From NCBI GenBank assembly GCA_024640665.1, contig JAHEEO010000003.1:1-37653 (forward strand): DNA of 37,653 bases, read 5' to 3'. The stretch comes from Rhodospirillales bacterium. Lineage in GTDB: Bacteria; Pseudomonadota; Gammaproteobacteria; Steroidobacterales; Rariloculaceae. The notes under the pieces were generated by a model. That model worked only from the letters and a program-made list of their open reading frames with translations. It was not told the origin of the DNA and ran no database searches. Shown here one piece after another: positions 37,591 through 37,653 of this stretch (positions within the stretch are counted from its first letter, which is position 1; each line of letters starts with the position of its first letter). The position numbers and the translations under genes are program-made.

Positions 37591-37653
37591 CTTGTACACG
37601 ACGCTGAACAAGGGAACGGCATCATGTCAGCTGTGCAGGTAAATGGGCAAATA

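Overview
This window is core chromosome next to dnaA in a moderately GC-rich gammaproteobacterium; I cannot assign a genus from sequence alone. About 45 protein genes fall into familiar synteny blocks. From left to right: a partial DUF4124 gene, ubiK-comM and a membrane-anchored cytochrome c5. Next comes a minus-strand run of poorly characterised genes: an RRM RNA-binding protein, a PaaI thioesterase, a small protein, a secreted protein with an HHS start, then ppiC followed by four small envelope proteins. The cell-wall operon envC-ctpA-yibQ follows, with a degenerate GGDEF gene coupled to its end, and then the E. coli-like yibN-grxC-secB-gpsA block and trmL. A three-gene unit holds class-1 pyrD, lpxA and a Gfo/Idh/MocA oxidoreductase. 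The nitrogen block is glnA, DUF4124, glnL (ntrB) and glnG (ntrC), with a good sigma-54 promoter for glnA. The rest is glyQS-gmhB-acyltransferase, gyrB-recF-dnaN-dnaA, divergent rpmH-rnpA-yidC, an alpha/beta-hydrolase/OsmC fusion, mnmE and a SulP transporter. I found no rRNA, tRNA, CRISPR array, transposase, integrase or recognisable defence or toxin module, and no clear-cut undescribed multi-gene system. The items most worth a second look are: (1) a homodimeric GlyQS-type glycyl-tRNA synthetase in the slot where Pseudomonas has glyQ-glyS; (2) lpxA outside its usual cluster and translationally coupled to a GnnA-like oxidoreductase; (3) a DGDKF-degenerate GGDEF membrane protein coupled to envC-ctpA-yibQ; (4) glnL with no canonical start codon where its homology begins; (5) an oriC-like arrangement (DnaA box, GC cluster, TAA/CAA trios, AT-rich tract) in the dnaA-dnaN spacer; (6) a structured leader that appears to sequester the ribosome-binding site of the RRM gene. 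All functional calls come from reading the translated ORFs by eye. No database search was run.
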